Assembly (NCBI GenBank): GCA_964016885.1
Contig: OZ024750.1
Span: forward strand, 46,872,001 to 46,936,000
Source of the DNA: Eledone cirrhosa
Taxonomy: Eukaryota
Reading direction: 5' to 3'
DNA length: 64,000 nt
Shown here: in pieces, positions 45,238-59,828 of the stretch
How the letters are laid out: every line of letters begins with the position of its first letter
Numbering within the stretch: position 1 is the first letter of the stretch
Position numbers and translations under genes: made by a program
Notes under the pieces: model-generated
Database searches by the model: none
What the model saw: the letters and a program-made list of their open reading frames with translations, nothing else
What the model was told of the DNA's origin: nothing

Positions 45238-46541
45238 AGTGTGTACAATATATTTATGAATCTATATTTTTAGAGAAAATTATATCTTAGTTGAATCTAT
45301 TTACGATATATTAAAAAGGTTAAAACATTATTTTTTCCAATATTTAAAATGCCTAGAATGTGTTCATATTTAAGCGGTATACGATATTCATTCCTGATGT
45401 TGCTGTTCTGATCAAGTTGGAATATAGAGGAGAAAGCGAAATTGTATTTGAATGCTTCATGTGTGTCATATGACAGTGTGCTTTACTGGTAAAGCCATGG
45501 AGGCATCGCTGCTGGATTGAATATATTTTGAATATATTTATGACATACTACCGAAAACAAATGTGACTATCATGGGATCTGATCATGGATGCAGAGCGTC
45601 CCTTCTCCCTCACATTGCGGATTCTGTCAGTCGGTCGTAACTTATGAAAGTGTATGATGAAAGAAGTCAGGAAATATAGAGACTGATTAGATATCGAAAG
45701 CACGCCGATCCGCATTTGTTGATCACACCAATACACCATTCCCAGGACTGTGTCTTTAATTAGCAATGATGGAATGCACACATGTAATTTGTATTACAAA
45801 GACAGAGAGGCGGAACAAATATCCATGCCTAAACGACTAAGACAATTCCCTATTTATAATGATAATTAATGGGCTTGATATACTAATTTGTTAGATATTA
45901 TAGAAATATATTCATTTTTAAAAAGTTTCAGTTTCTGCTGTAGCGAAATTAGACGACTTGAATTGATCAATATTTAATTGATGAGCTCAATCAAGCTGGG
46001 TAAAATGACAACTGATCTAACAGGATAAAATACATTGGCATTCGTGAAAGGCCATCGTTGCTTTCGATTACTGCCTCAATATCACACAGCGAATTCGGCT
46101 GTGAAAATGCGGTGCAAATAACACAGAAATGAATAGCATGTAGCGTTTAAGAGATAACACGCGATGTAAAAAGAATCGAATGTTGTCTTTCATAGATAAA
46201 TAAAATACCAGTCCATTCTTTCATTGGTGTTGTAAATTGGTGAAAGTAATTATATAGAGGCTTACTGGTAGAATAAAATACCTTTTTCTCTGAATTTAAT
46301 AATTACATTTAACGTACCGAAAAAATGCTCCCTCGTTATTTCAAATATTTCTCTTTCGATTATCTTAAACTCATCTTGTATGTATGTTTATCCAAGCGTC
46401 TCAAATTAAATAACGTTTACTTTATCAGTAACGTTCATTAAGATAGGAGAAGTCTGAGCCCCTTTAGAAATTGGTGAGGGAGAAAATATAAACAGTTTAA
46501 TATCTATATTCACGTGTTGAAGAAAGACAAAACATATACAC

Positions 46542-46632
<91 letters not shown>

Positions 46633-46697
46633 TGTATATATGAATATATGTACAAACACATATATGCATATGTATATACATATATATATATATATAT

Positions 46698-46882
<185 letters not shown>

Positions 46883-47355
46883 TATAGATATATAGATATA
46901 GATATTTCTTACATGGATATATATATATATATATATGTGTGTGTGTTTGTGTATACAGAGAGTAAGACTTATTTCATCATCAATACATTTAAGATGTATC
47001 GCTGCAAGCGAGATTTTCTTCGTATTTTGCATCTAATTTACTTCAAAGTGATTTCGTTTGTATCCTGGAGAATGAAACTATACTTACTATAAACTCTGTA
47101 ATGACTCCGTTTCTGTTTGGAATTAATACTAATAGAAAACATAAAAATATTACAGACCTTCTGAGTAGCATCTCTTCACAACATTACTGAGTTTATTCGC
47201 TTAATTGATCATCGAAAAGCGCTTCCTGGAGATATATTCAAATTTGTACCATATTTTTCAGACATACACAGCAATGCCATCGTGTAATTAGAGGTCTTCT
47301 TTAAACATTCGTGAGTTACGGAATTCATGCATTTTATTTCTGCGATATCAAATAT

Positions 47356-47399
<44 letters not shown>

Positions 47400-47400
47400 G

Positions 47401-47431
<31 letters not shown>

Positions 47432-47474
47432 TGATATCTTAACATTGGCAAATAAAATGAGCGCCAGTAGTAGA

Positions 47475-47656
47475 AATAATTGTTTCTACTTTTGGCACAA
47501 GGCCAGCAATTATTCCAGTGTATTACTGGTACTTTATTTTATCGACCCCGTTAGGATGAAAGGCAAAGTTAACCTCGGCGGGATTTGAAATCAGTCCGTA
47601 AAGGGACGTAACTGTGCTGCAAAGCATGGCGTCCGACCCTCTACCGATACTGCCAA
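47475..47656 (-). mobile_element. tRNA-derived SINE, slightly 5'-truncated
   Basis: Reverse complement of the family consensus. Confidence 0.88.
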
Positions 47657-47766
47657 CATAATTGTTTCTATATTTGACACAAGGTTGCCAAAATAATGGA
47701 GAAGTATATGAGTGAATGAAGAAGAAGTTTACGAAAAAAATATTTACGGTGGAAAGCAGGGTACTT

Positions 47767-47840
<74 letters not shown>

Positions 47841-47923
47841 AACTAAACCATTAATTCTCCATTTCTCAATCTCACTCTCGCTCTCTTTCTCTCTCTATAT
47901 CTTTCTCTCTCCATCTCTATCTC

Positions 47924-47954
<31 letters not shown>

Positions 47955-48198
47955 CTCTCTCTATATATATATATATAAAGCAGAGAAAATTTCAATGAAT
48001 CAAAAGATTTCCCGGTGGAAGTTCAGGTGTACTCCAGGATGGTATCCAGTTTCGGGGTGAAAATCCAATTAGAAAATCCAACGAATTTTTATATATATAT
48101 ATAAAATATTTTGTATGAAACATTTTCCCACCCAGAAAAAAAAGACAAAAATAAAAGGGAAAAAATTAGATGTTTCTTCCTAATAATCGTCTCTTTCT

Positions 48199-48236
<38 letters not shown>

Positions 48237-48559
48237 TAATAAAATAAACAATAAACAAAGAAACATTTCCTTATATTAAAAAATCCCTGATATTAAAAAA
48301 TTCCTTATATTAATATAAGGAACTGTTTGTTTGTTTATTCATTATTTTATTAATTTATCTTGACTCTGTTTTCCGTTAATTTTCATCGAAAAATTTTTTT
48401 GAATACATCTTATCTTTTCATGATATTCGGATTACATTGAGTTCTTCATACGGATTGGACACTACCGTACATTTTGGTAGATTTATCTACATATATATAT
48501 ATATGAAAATATTAAGGAGCCCGACAGCTGAGCTCGACGGCGGTATATATATATTTATA

Positions 48560-48845
48560 TATTGTTATACTTTGGGAGGGTCATGTTGCCAATAAGAAAC
48601 ACACGCACAAGTTGCTTTCACTTCAATTTATTATAATAAATTTATAATAAATTTATAAATTTATAAATTCATAAATTTCTGGTTGGTTGGTTGGTTCCAC
48701 AACCAGATAGTTGTTTATATATAGTCATAGTTCTTTCGTCACACACTCTGTGACCTCTTCAGTGACTGGGGATTATTTTCTTTGTTTCTGTGCCTCTCCT
48801 TTGTTCTGTCCTACGCCATTTTGTTTCTGTGTGTGTGTTGTGTTT
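48560..48845 (-). mobile_element. Solo 3' terminal repeat of the 27448-29910 PLE family
   Basis: Colinear with 27448-27730. Confidence 0.85.
48723..48767 (-). ncRNA. Minimal type I hammerhead ribozyme, family D
   Basis: AGUCA-CUGAAGA-G-GUCACA GAGUG UGUGAC-GAAA-GAAC-UA^UGACU. Decayed homologues at about 27615-27657 (-) and 29708-29750 (+). Confidence 0.72.
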
Positions 48846-48954
48846 CTTTATACAAAGGTTATATTTAATTTGTTGGAATCCAACAAACTTAAACGTTTTA
48901 TAACTGATGTAAAGCACTCAATATATTAGTGGAGTAAATATTCATTATTAATAA

Positions 48955-49275
48955 ATGGAAACTATATTTATAAAACCATAATTATTTTATTATATATATT
49001 TAAAGAGCAACCAAGGCAAATGTTGGTGCGCTTTCATCAGATAAAATACAAAATTTCTTTTATAAATGTTGATATACCCGCAGAAGAACAACCATGACCG
49101 CTGGAGGTTCGCTGGATAGTGAACCTCCAGCCGTCATGGTTGTTCTTCTGCGGGTATATCAACATTTATAAAAGAAATGTATTTTATCTGATGAAAGCGC
49201 ACCAACATTTGCCTTGGTTGCTCTTTAAATATATATATAATAAAATAATTATGGTTTTATAAATATAGTTTCCAT
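48955..49275. repeat. ~320-bp near-perfect palindrome from a family C-related PLE end, with an HHR motif in each arm
   Basis: Arms of about 158 bp, loop near 49113-49118. Each arm has CUGAUGA-stem II-UAAA. Confidence 0.9.
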
Positions 49276-49281
49276 AATGTA

Positions 49282-49337
<56 letters not shown>

Positions 49338-50111
49338 AGTGTGTGTGCATACATATGTATATGGACAAGAACCGTCTTTCGTAATGGTATTATGGGTGAG
49401 AGTTTCACTAAGAGATTTTTGTACAACCTTTTGCAGACAACTACACTAAATTGACCACTTTATTTCACTGTCGTGCCTTTAAGATCCCATCAGGATTTAT
49501 GGGTAGACACTTATAATTATACTTCTAATAATTACTTGTAAAGGTACCATAAATGCAAACTATAACAAACGAGGCTAATTCTGCTTATCGTAGTGACCTT
49601 CATGTAGAAAATCGTTCAACTAACAAATGTATTCTTAACATTATTCCCTGGCAATTTCAGTGCGAGAGTGTTTGTCTAAAATAGCCCTTTCAATTAACGT
49701 TACAACACCATTTTTCTACCAGCTTGTACTGAATGAATGTGAAATGATATAATACGCCACAAGGAATCTCACTCATAACCGCCAGCAGTTGGCCGTCATT
49801 AAAATATTTATCTAGCAGCTTCAGCCGCAATTAAACTCCACCAACTTCCCACAACCCGTAATTTTACCAACCAAATAAAGGTGACCTATCAATATTTCGG
49901 AGCTGACAAACACTCTGACTCACTCGCGCCCGTCAACATGTATATAGTGAGGTTCCTAGTAAAAATATTTACACACACTCAAACACACATTCAAACATAC
50001 ACACATGCACGCACACACACATACGCGCACACACACACTCACATACACATACACACACACACACCTACCCACACATACCCACACGCACATACACACACAC
50101 ACACAGCTACG

Positions 50112-50372
50112 TGTGCCTGGCGTAGTGGTGAGACTGCTATATTCAGGGTATCGAGTCCAATTCTCGCAGAGAGCGAGTTGTGTCTTTCAGAAAGATACAT
50201 TACTTCACCATGTTCGATCTGTTCAGGTGAAAATATGAAGATTATCAGTAACTTAAGTGAAGAGCCATGTCACATATTATATCACATTGAATCCCATTGA
50301 AACATAGGTGGAAGATACACGTTTCAATGGAATGCTTAACTACTTCCATATAAACTTTATTAGCAGGCTATA
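50112..50372 (+). mobile_element. Old tRNA-headed SINE of a second family
   Basis: A box tggcgtagtggt and B-box-like gagtccaattc; degenerate body. Confidence 0.5.
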
Positions 50373-50845
50373 AAGTAGGTAATATATCATCTGAAGCACT
50401 CGACGTCCAACATCAACACAAACACACACACGTGTGTGTTTGTGTGTGTGTGTATAAACTTTTACGCCAAAAACGACATTATTCTATCCAAATGTAATAC
50501 AACTATTAATATTCAAATTGCATATTTCGAAATTGCGATTAACTAGAATTATATGTAAAAGGTACAGGTGAAAGAAATGTGGTGTGTGTGGTTCTTTTTT
50601 ATTGTGTGTGGATCTTTTTACTAGAAACAATATAAATACGCCAATATAAATATGCCAACAAAAACAATAGATCTCTATAGAAATATAATACAAGTATTGT
50701 TATTCAAATCTCAGAATTGCAGGAAAATTTCTTGAACAAATCAACTGAGGTGATTTAATAGATTAAACAGTAGATATTTTCACTATTTTCCCTTAATAAA
50801 CAGAAATAGCTTTCCAGTTAAATTAAACAGGCGAAATGAAATGGA

Positions 50846-50916
<71 letters not shown>

Positions 50917-52167
50917 AACATATGTGTGCCTGTGTATGTGTGTGTGTGCTTCGTGTAGATTGCCAATATAGCATACGTATTTAGGTGATTTTCATTAATT
51001 ATATTGCTAAATATATTTTGGAAGCATCTACCGCATTTTTAACCCTAAAACAATTTAGAAATCTAATATAATCTTCCGTTATTTTTCATTATTGTAAATA
51101 TCGGTTATCTTTATGCCATGATTTTTCATAACAGGCCTCTTTTTACTCCACGAGCTATCAAACTTTATTTTTAAATGTTATTTATAATTGAAACGTTACC
51201 GAAGTTTGAAATTGAAAGGAAATTATATTCTCTCAAAGGAGGAAGTTGACGAAGCAAATTATGGTTAATCAACCAGGTTTTTTTTACATTATTAGACGTT
51301 TCTCACAAATAAACGTGGGTGTGCTATGAAGAAACCCTTGATTTTAACACCTTCCATTTATGTTAAACATGGGTTTCTCTGTTACAACCTCCACAAATTG
51401 GTGGAAAAGCATTTCATTTTCAGAGGATCCTTAGGCACTCGAGGGCCTACATCATACGGATTTTTAGTGTCTCTCAATTGATCAGATTCTTTTTTATCGA
51501 ATCTGCAAATGCATATTTGAACAATACCTGAAAATATGTGTATTTTAACAATACCTACAAATGTATATTTGAAAAAGGAAAATTATGACACGAACTCTGA
51601 AGTTGTTTCGGAAAGTATCCCCCAAAAGAAACAAGCTAATTCTTGATTAATAAACTTTGCTGCAGTGATATTCTCAATTTTAATTCTGTTTGCTAAACAT
51701 ATTTCTTTTTATTCTCCACATCTTCTCTCTAATTATAGTAACGTGGACATACATTGAGATTCAAAAATAATTTATCATTATATTTCCTCTTATTACAACA
51801 TTTAGAATTTATTGATATGATTACATCACGGATAGCGTGGGAATGAGTATTTCTGCAGCATATGTTAAGCGTAATTCGGCGGAAGATGCTTGGAGACGTG
51901 CTTACGCATGCTCATGAAGAGTCCACAGTGAACTTATTCCGAGGGGCATCTATTTGGATCAATTAAGAGTTAATTTAAACCTGACAAGATGTTGTTTTCT
52001 GTGTAGGTTTGATATACATAGGTCTGGCTCAGGAGCAGGATCATAACAGGACTAGTGGCCAAAGCTCTTACGATGGTTCATGGCCTAGTACTCCGTAAGG
52101 CGAAAAAGGAATACAATGAGAAAATATTTCATCTGCACATTATTTTGAAGAGACATCAGTTTTGCTC

Positions 52168-52535
52168 TCACAATATATCAGCCATTGTTAAAAATGTAAT
52201 ACCATAATACATATTTACCAAGTGTAACATAACCAATATTAAATCACTAATTATATTCCGTAGGCTAGAGAAGCCAATGCAATTAATAAATGTAGATTTA
52301 ATAGGCAATTTCATAATAATCGCAAGAGAGGTGCAAACAAAATTCTCGGCAATTCCTGAATCAATTAATGTGTCACCATTATTATTTATTGTTTTTGTAA
52401 CAGTTGATTTGGAGTAGAATTTGAAACAGCTGTAATTGTTTGTAAGCCTGACACTTGACATGATGTCATTACTCGTTCGGCCTTTCTTTGAGGCGTGTCC
52501 CAATTACCTCACACGTACGACAAGATATCGCGTTT
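52168..52535 (-). mobile_element. Degenerate Gypsy-like LTR retrotransposon gag/protease remnant
   Basis: LIDSGIAENFV matches the retropepsin D-S-G motif. It is preceded, with a frameshift, by the zinc-knuckle-like CRTCEVI-GHA. Confidence 0.5.
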
Positions 52536-53649
52536 TTATCAGTATTTCGACAAAATATGTTAACCCTGTTAATAGCATAAATAGTAGTAGAATATTTACA
52601 ATGTGAAGGATTTCATAGGAAATTAATGTAATATTATGTTGTGGAATATAACGAGTCACATTAATCTAATCATTTCTAAGGATAATACTTGTTACATTGC
52701 AATATCTAATTTTAGTTCATTATTTCCAATCATATCTGCCATGAAGTGTTCTGATGAAACCCTATCAGAAGGACATTTCGTAATTCTTCATAACATCCAA
52801 TACCTAATCCTGTCTTACTATAGCAACATACTTAAATACAAATATAAAAACATAACAGAGAAAGAGTAAAACCAAACACAACATTTGCAAGGCATAAATT
52901 AAATACATTGTGGATGCTATTGCTTGTTGCGTTGGAGTATTTGATAAGTGAGTGGCAAAATCACTATATTTTTGGTTTAATGTAGAGAGAGTAATATAGT
53001 GATTTTGTCGGTAAATGCAATATATGATCTGTGTTCATATATACTTCTAACATAATAGGTTATTGGTAAGGATATATCTTCCACTATCGACATGGCTTTA
53101 GTTTTAAACAGTGCAATACTAATGAGACCACATTTGAAGATTTTGCAAATCTGCTGGAATAATATCAAATAATTATGGCTGTAAAAATATGTCATCTTTT
53201 ATTTTCTGCCTGCCATTAGTGAAGAATCATATCTGTGTCAGTTCATGTATTTTTCTATGTTTGTTGCACCACTTTTACAACGCAAAATATGAGGTAGGTT
53301 AGCAGTAATTGCAGTAAAAGCAGCTATAACCTGTATAGAAATAACAATTGTAAAGCATGTCGTACGTTGGCAGTGATAGTTGTACTGGCAATAATAGCAT
53401 TTATAACATATATAGTAATAATAATAGTGAAATTACTTTTCATGAATCCACTGGAAAGTGAGAAGTATAACGGAATAATAAATTGCTGTATAGACAATAA
53501 ATAATTCCGAAATTTATATTCAGTCATTCGCGCCTACTACCATTACAGTCGTCATATTTGACTGTTGAGCAATGGTATTCGCATACTGGCTAATATTACG
53601 CTTTAAACATTAAACATGTATTCTAACATATATATATATATATATAATA

Positions 53650-55066
53650 ACTCTTGTATTGACTGCCGCTCTAACCTTCGGGGTTTACTATACATCTGTC
53701 AGAATATAAAGGAATCGTGTTCTGTGGGATATAATATACATACCCCGGATATTCTTCGAAACCTTAGAGAATAACTTCCCGCCCGACCATAGGTATAGAA
53801 ACATCCGTAATAGGAACAATATAAAAATATCCTTCTCTACTACTTCTAACCTAGCGGACATCATAGGAACAACGAATCACAGTAAGATCACCAAGACAGC
53901 ACCTTAGCACAGACGGACCTACACCTGAAAATAACTATATAGGCCTTAACGACTACCTAGCAGCATCAAATAGTGTCGGCAACAGCCTCTACAGACGCAA
54001 CCAGCATAACCGCGACATGACTGGGAAACATGCAGCACATGACGTGCGGAATAATAATCGTACCACCCCGCGCACTGTGGGTTATAATGGTGCTAACGAC
54101 AGGTGCGGGAGCGTAGATAACAACGTAGATAGCAATAATTCTAGCCTTACCGTGGGAATTAGAAAAAACCGTCACAGAAATTGCAACTGCCGCGACAGGG
54201 ACGCTGCCACTTAGAGGATACTGCTTGACTGATAGTGTTATATATAGGTGCAATGTAACTAGCCACAATAGCGTTAAACATTATATAGGGGCTACCTCTG
54301 GCCCGTTCAAAATTAGATTTCGAACACATCTCCACTCTTTCACAAATAAGAAATTAAGACACTCCACTTCGTTCGAGGACTACATCACATTATTTAAATA
54401 CTTAAACATCAGCTTCTCCACGCACTGGGATATTGTCGGCAGGGCTGCACCGTACAACTTCTGGAGGAAGTGCAATCTTTGCCTCTTGGAGCTCTACCAC
54501 ATCATAAATGCACCCCACAAGCTCATCAACAGCAAATCTGAAACGACGATAAGATGTACACATCGCTTAAAAATATCCTTCTTCAGATGGGATAAGGATG
54601 AGGAGTGAAAGCGTGTACCGGGTCTCCCTGCAACAAGCTTTAACATGTCGGCGGGCAGGCGCTGCCAAAAAAACATCCAGGAAACTAACCATGCATCCCA
54701 GACCCAGCTTCAAATGACCCAGGTGGGCAGGTGCAACAAACAAACCTTTCAAAATAAGCGTTGATTACCTGTCAATGTGCGTATCGACAATGGTAAGGTT
54801 CTAACCACATATTGTAACGGATAAAACATTTGTCCGGGAAAGATTGCCATGACACCTCCCTTGACCTACTGCAAAATCAAAACACGCTTTTTTTGCGAAG
54901 AATGAACTATGACGTGAAATTAACACCCAAAACACTTTCCGAGCAATGTAAGGAACACTTTTGGTTATTTATGCCCTTGAGAAGCACAACTGGGCGAAAC
55001 GTACGTAGGTGGTGTTTTAAATAAACATGTATTAACGGTCTATTCTCCGATTTATTACTTTTCCAC

Positions 55067-55068
<2 letters not shown>
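53650..55068 (+). mobile_element. PLE-derived element: linker, GIY-YIG endonuclease (54180-54608) and 3' repeat, no RT seen
   Basis: FFETLENNFPPDH..NRNNIKISFS, CNC, VIYRCNV..HYIGAT..FKIRFRTH, CNLCLLE..IN..CTH. Both ends abut (AT)n. Confidence 0.85.
54973..55011 (+). ncRNA. U3-A8 variant minimal hammerhead motif
   Basis: CC-UUGAGAA-GCAC AACU GGGC-GAAA-CGUACG-UA^GG, with palindromic stem III. Confidence 0.55.
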
Positions 55069-55101
<33 letters not shown>

Positions 55102-55221
55102 TAAATCCTCTGTTCGATCTTCAAGAAACCTAACTTGTATACAGCACAATCGGATTTTGTTGATTCCGGATTTACAGATACCTCACTTAGATATATACGG
55201 GTATGTGCATATACGTATGTA

Positions 55222-55296
<75 letters not shown>

Positions 55297-55299
<3 letters not shown>

Positions 55300-55491
55300 A
55301 ACAAGTATGACCCCGACGGCAGAGCTCAAGCCGTTTCCACGGCTATTCTGGACTCCAGAATTAGCCGTCAAAACGGCTTGAGCTCTGCCGTCAGGATCAT
55401 ACTTGTTCCTATTACCCACTCTACTACCCTAAGTATTGAGTACTTTGGTGCGTTATTGTCCATCTGGTTCCTTACCACATTTCCTTTGTTG
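55297..55491. mobile_element. Fold-back PLE end, family K
   Basis: Inverted arms centred near 55352; flanked by (AT)n. Confidence 0.75.
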
Positions 55492-55924
55492 TATATATAT
55501 ATATATATATATACTTATATATATATATATATATATATATCAAAATGAAAATCCGAAGGCAAGGTAAAATTCCAGTCATTTAATCACGACACATATTTCA
55601 ATAAGAGATAGATCGATTGTGAAGCCACGATCGATTATCACTGATCTCTTCAGGTCAAAATGAATTGTCTTCAAATTCTTGATATGAGGGAGAAAAAAAA
55701 CGATGTTTCCTCACATAATTCATTCCCTCATATGGAGACACACCAGTCATTCAGAGATAAGGCGACTGCTATTGGCTTAAATTGAGGTCATAAAAGTTTT
55801 CAGACTTCTATAGCTGCAAATGACGCTGGACATCGAATAAATCCGTAGGGATGCAGTCAGTCACAGTTAGAAGTGAGTTGGTACACACACACTCCACACC
55901 TGCATACATCGGCTTGAGGTCAAA

Positions 55925-56030
55925 CAAAAATAAAAATAAAAATAAAAATAAAAATAAAAATAAAAATAAAAATAAAAATAAAAATAAAAATAAAAATAAA
56001 AATAAAAATAAAAATAAACATAAACATAAA
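55925..56030. repeat. (AAAAAT)n hexamer expansion in the left arm
   Basis: Directly visible; only a short version exists in the right arm. Confidence 0.95.
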
Positions 56031-58950
56031 ATAAATACACATATCAACACAGTAATAAAGCCGCAGAATTAGCGTGGGTGGGCACACATACACTCCAACA
56101 CACCGAAGCAATATTCGAGAAAAAGCACATATCAGAGAATATACCAACACAGCAATCACCGAAAAGTCAGTTCGTAAAAGTAACAGAAATTATGTCGGTC
56201 AAATATCAATTTGCAGATGTAAATCGGAAATATTAGGTTAACCAACGCAACACACACATACACACAGACACAAGCGCGTGCGCTCAAGTAAGTTCAGTTC
56301 AGTGTTTTGCTGTACGTGTATAGATCCAATTGTAACATCAATATCTTCAAGTGTGTGTTATGGTAAATGGTATATACGCATCCGAATCAGCCAACAAATG
56401 GGGTGGTGGTGGGGGTCTTAGTATGTACACATCCATGTGAAGAGCTCAATTTGACGATGTAGATTGGAAATATTGGGTTAACCAACGCTACACACATACA
56501 CACACACACACGCGTGCGCGCAAGTAAGTTCAGTTCAGTGTTCTGCTCTACGTGTATAGACCCAATTGTAACATCCATATCTTAAAGTGTGTGTTATGGT
56601 AAAAGGTATACACACATCCGAATCGTCCAAAAAGGGGAGGGGATGTCCGGGTATATACACATCCATGTGAAGAGGAAACAATCAGCTCATGTCGAACTCC
56701 TTGTGTACCGCTGTCCAGTTGAGAATCAGAATCACCAAATCCGTGCGTGCAAGCAACTGCAGTGTGGGCCGGCAAAGGGCTCTATGTAGGGTTGGTTATA
56801 GGGTAAAATAGTCCGCAAGTGCGATCTCCCGCCACATGGGCCAATGAGCTTTTAAGATAGTTGTTTGAGTGGTGGCGGTGTGTTATTCAGCATAGAAGGT
56901 GAAGTAAGAAAATACAGGACAGTGAATGTGTGTAGGGCCATTAATGGTGTGTCAGTATCATTTTTCAATCCGTAACAATGAGTCCTCCATGGTTAGATGA
57001 TCACGCATCAAAACCTGGTGTAGTATTCAGTCGGTAGGAACGTGACATTCGTAAATGTGGGAGCTCAATGTCTAAAGAAAGCGAGTACTGTGTGTAGAGC
57101 TATGTATAAGGAGCGTAATCGGTCCTAACTAAGTGTTTAATCAATCTAACTATTTACTAGCTAGGTATTCTAAAAGAGAGCACTCAGCTATGAGAACTCC
57201 ATGGAAACATGCCGAGTATCTTTGCAAGTGCGCAAACAATCTTAGCCGTCTAACTACCTAAGTGTGTGACTGTCCGTTTATTGAGAGAACTCTAGGGCTA
57301 AAGTAGAGAGGGACGAGTTAATGGTAGGTTACCTTCCAAAAATCCTGCGGAAGGTTTTTGAGGTTCTATGTTGACAGTTGTTGAACAAATCTGCTCTTCT
57401 ATTAATTAATAGGGGGCCGCCTCTAATAATATTGAAAGTTTCAGCTATACATAAATTGCAGACGCCAGTGCTGCCCTTATAATGTTGGGCTGAACAAACT
57501 ATGGACCATGATAAGGAGTGCTCTATATTCTGAAGTTTAAGCTCCAGACTAATTCCGAAAGTGCCGTGCTATTTTTCTTATCTAATCTATTAAAGGTATG
57601 GCGGTGATTATACCATCTATCCTTAAATTCCGTGGCAGTTGCCCCAACATACCTAAAGGTTCTACCAACAGTCGTAGACTATGTTTTTGTTAAAGCATTA
57701 CCCAGCCAAGGGGCTGCTGGCGGTGCTTCTGCAGTTGCATTTTCTGCTATCGATCTGGGTGGTTCGGGATGGACCACGGTACCTTTAGGGTCGGGTCTCA
57801 GTTCCAGTATGCTCTATGGGTAAATTAGCTGGGGTAGAGGCGACCTGACTCGCCTCACGTGTATGAGTCAGTTCCACAATAGAGCTGCCATTGTTCCTGC
57901 CATGCCTAAATCCCTCATTGGCTGTCTTAAGTCTACTAAAATTCACCTTAGCTATATTCTGAGCTATGTTACTAGTTGTGGAATAGGACAGCTTGATAGT
58001 ATTTCTATTGAATATTTTATAATATGTGTGCGATCTGGGGAAGCAATTGTCTAAGGCCCTAAAGAAAAGCTTAGCTATACTAGTGGTCAGGCCAGTGGAG
58101 TAAGGGGGATTAAACCACAGGCTTTTCTGGACGATGCCTCCTGTTCCTACTAACTATATTAGAATTACCACTCACCCTAGTGGTATCCAGTCTATTGTAA
58201 CTGGAAATTACCTGTGGTTCGGTGGTATCCTGGAGTGTCACGATTGTGTTCGGAATCGTCCCAAGTCTCCAGGGCGGTGTAACCCCCGTGCGGTCATTTT
58301 TTGGCTGATTCGGATGTGTATATACCATTTACCATAATACACACTTGAAGATATTGATGTTACAATTGGATCTATACACGTACAGAAGAACACTGAACTG
58401 AACTTACTTGCGCACGCGCTTGTGTCCGTCTGTATGTGTGTGTAGCGTTGGTTAACCTAATATTTCCGATTTACATCGTCAAATTGAGATTTGACCGACA
58501 TAATTTCTGTTGTTTTACGAACTAACTTTTCGGTGATTGCGGTGTTGGTGCATTCTATTATATGTGTTTTTTCTCGAATATTGCTTCGGTGTGTTGGAGT
58601 GTATGTTATGTGTGACCACCCACGCTAATTCTGCGGCTTTATTACTGTGTTGATGTGTGTATTTATTTTTATGTTTATTTTTATTTTTCTGTGACCTCGA
58701 GCCGATGTATGCGGGTATGGAGTGTGTGTGTACCTACTCACTTCTTACTGTGACTGACTGCATCCCTACGGATTTATTCGATGTCCAGCGTCTTTTGCAG
58801 CTATAGAAGTCTGAAAACGTTTATGTCCTCAATTTAAGCCAATAGCAGTCGCCTTATCTCTGACTGACTCTTGTGTCTCCATATGAGGGAATGAATTATG
58901 TGAGGAAACATCGTTTTTTTTCTCCCTCATATCAAGAATTTGAAGACAAT

Positions 58951-59038
58951 TCATTTTCACCTGATGAGATCAGTGATAATCGATCGTGGCTTCACAATCG
59001 ACCTATCTATTATTGAAACATGTGTCGTAATTAAATGA
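58951..59038 (+). ncRNA. Type I hammerhead motif with long stem II, family E (mirror copy 55576-55663, -)
   Basis: UCAUUU.CAC-CUGAUGA-~47-nt hairpin-GAAA-CAUGUG-UC^GUAAUUAAAUGA; the mirror copy has GUG after the cleavage site. Confidence 0.6.
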
Positions 59039-59672
59039 CTGGAATTTTACCTTGACTTTGGATTTTCATTTTGATACTTATACTCCGTTTTACATCATCT
59101 AGCTGTTCCCTCGAATGGAATTGGAGATATACAAAAGCGTGGAGAACTTAATATTGCTAACATAAAGTTATTGGACCTTTTTACACAAGCAATATTGCAC
59201 CTTACTATATAACAACTATATATATATATATTTATATATACATTAATATATATATATATATATTGCTTTGGCTTCGCGTCTTCAAGTCAGGCTGCCCTGT
59301 ATTTCAGCTTGTTTAGCACACGCCCCCCCCCCAACTGCCGTGAAGATAATAACTTATATACATGAATCCCAGGTCAATGACCACTCCTCGTGACAGACAA
59401 GAACATCAATGAACTTTTAGGATTTCTGCTTAGACCTTTTTTTTTTAAGGGGAGGGCGTCGACTGCATGCCCATATATTGACTGTACACCTTGATAAGCC
59501 CAGCTAGATTCCCGCCGTTCTAATACCTGTGGCTTGCTTCAGATCTAGTTGTCGAAACGGCCGGCTCTCAATTGTAGGGGTCCTGAATCATTTCATGTAT
59601 ATATATGAATACAATAAGAAGAAACATAATTGTACCACTGATGATGTCGAAGATGTGTGACGAAAAAAACGT

Positions 59673-59711
<39 letters not shown>

Positions 59712-59714
<3 letters not shown>

Positions 59715-59828
59715 AATGAGACGGTTCTAGTCCTGTGGAATCTCATCTATATTAAAACTGTTATACTCTGCAATGTATTGAGTACCTTACTTACTGTGGT
59801 TACCTCCGATTCAACCCTGAATAACGTA
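59712..59828 (+). mobile_element. Family B PLE end between (AT)n tracts
   Basis: Reverse complement of 24025-24140. Confidence 0.75.

Larger units (their letters stand above)
55539..59076 (-). mobile_element. PLE-derived element with ~800-bp inverted arms (55539-56400 / 58295-59076) around a linker plus GIY-YIG remnant
   Basis: Minus strand has LWFNPPYS..FFRALDNCFP..KIFNRNTIKLSYS (58120-57950) and KCNC..IVYDC..YVGATATEFKDRWYNHRHTF..STALSELVW..CNLCIAE (57750-57355). Confidence 0.88.

Noticed and set aside
59634-59678. CUGAUGA-GUC..GAC-GAAA next to (AT)n
   Set aside because: Stems I and III cannot be formed convincingly; possibly a decayed HHR but unsupported.
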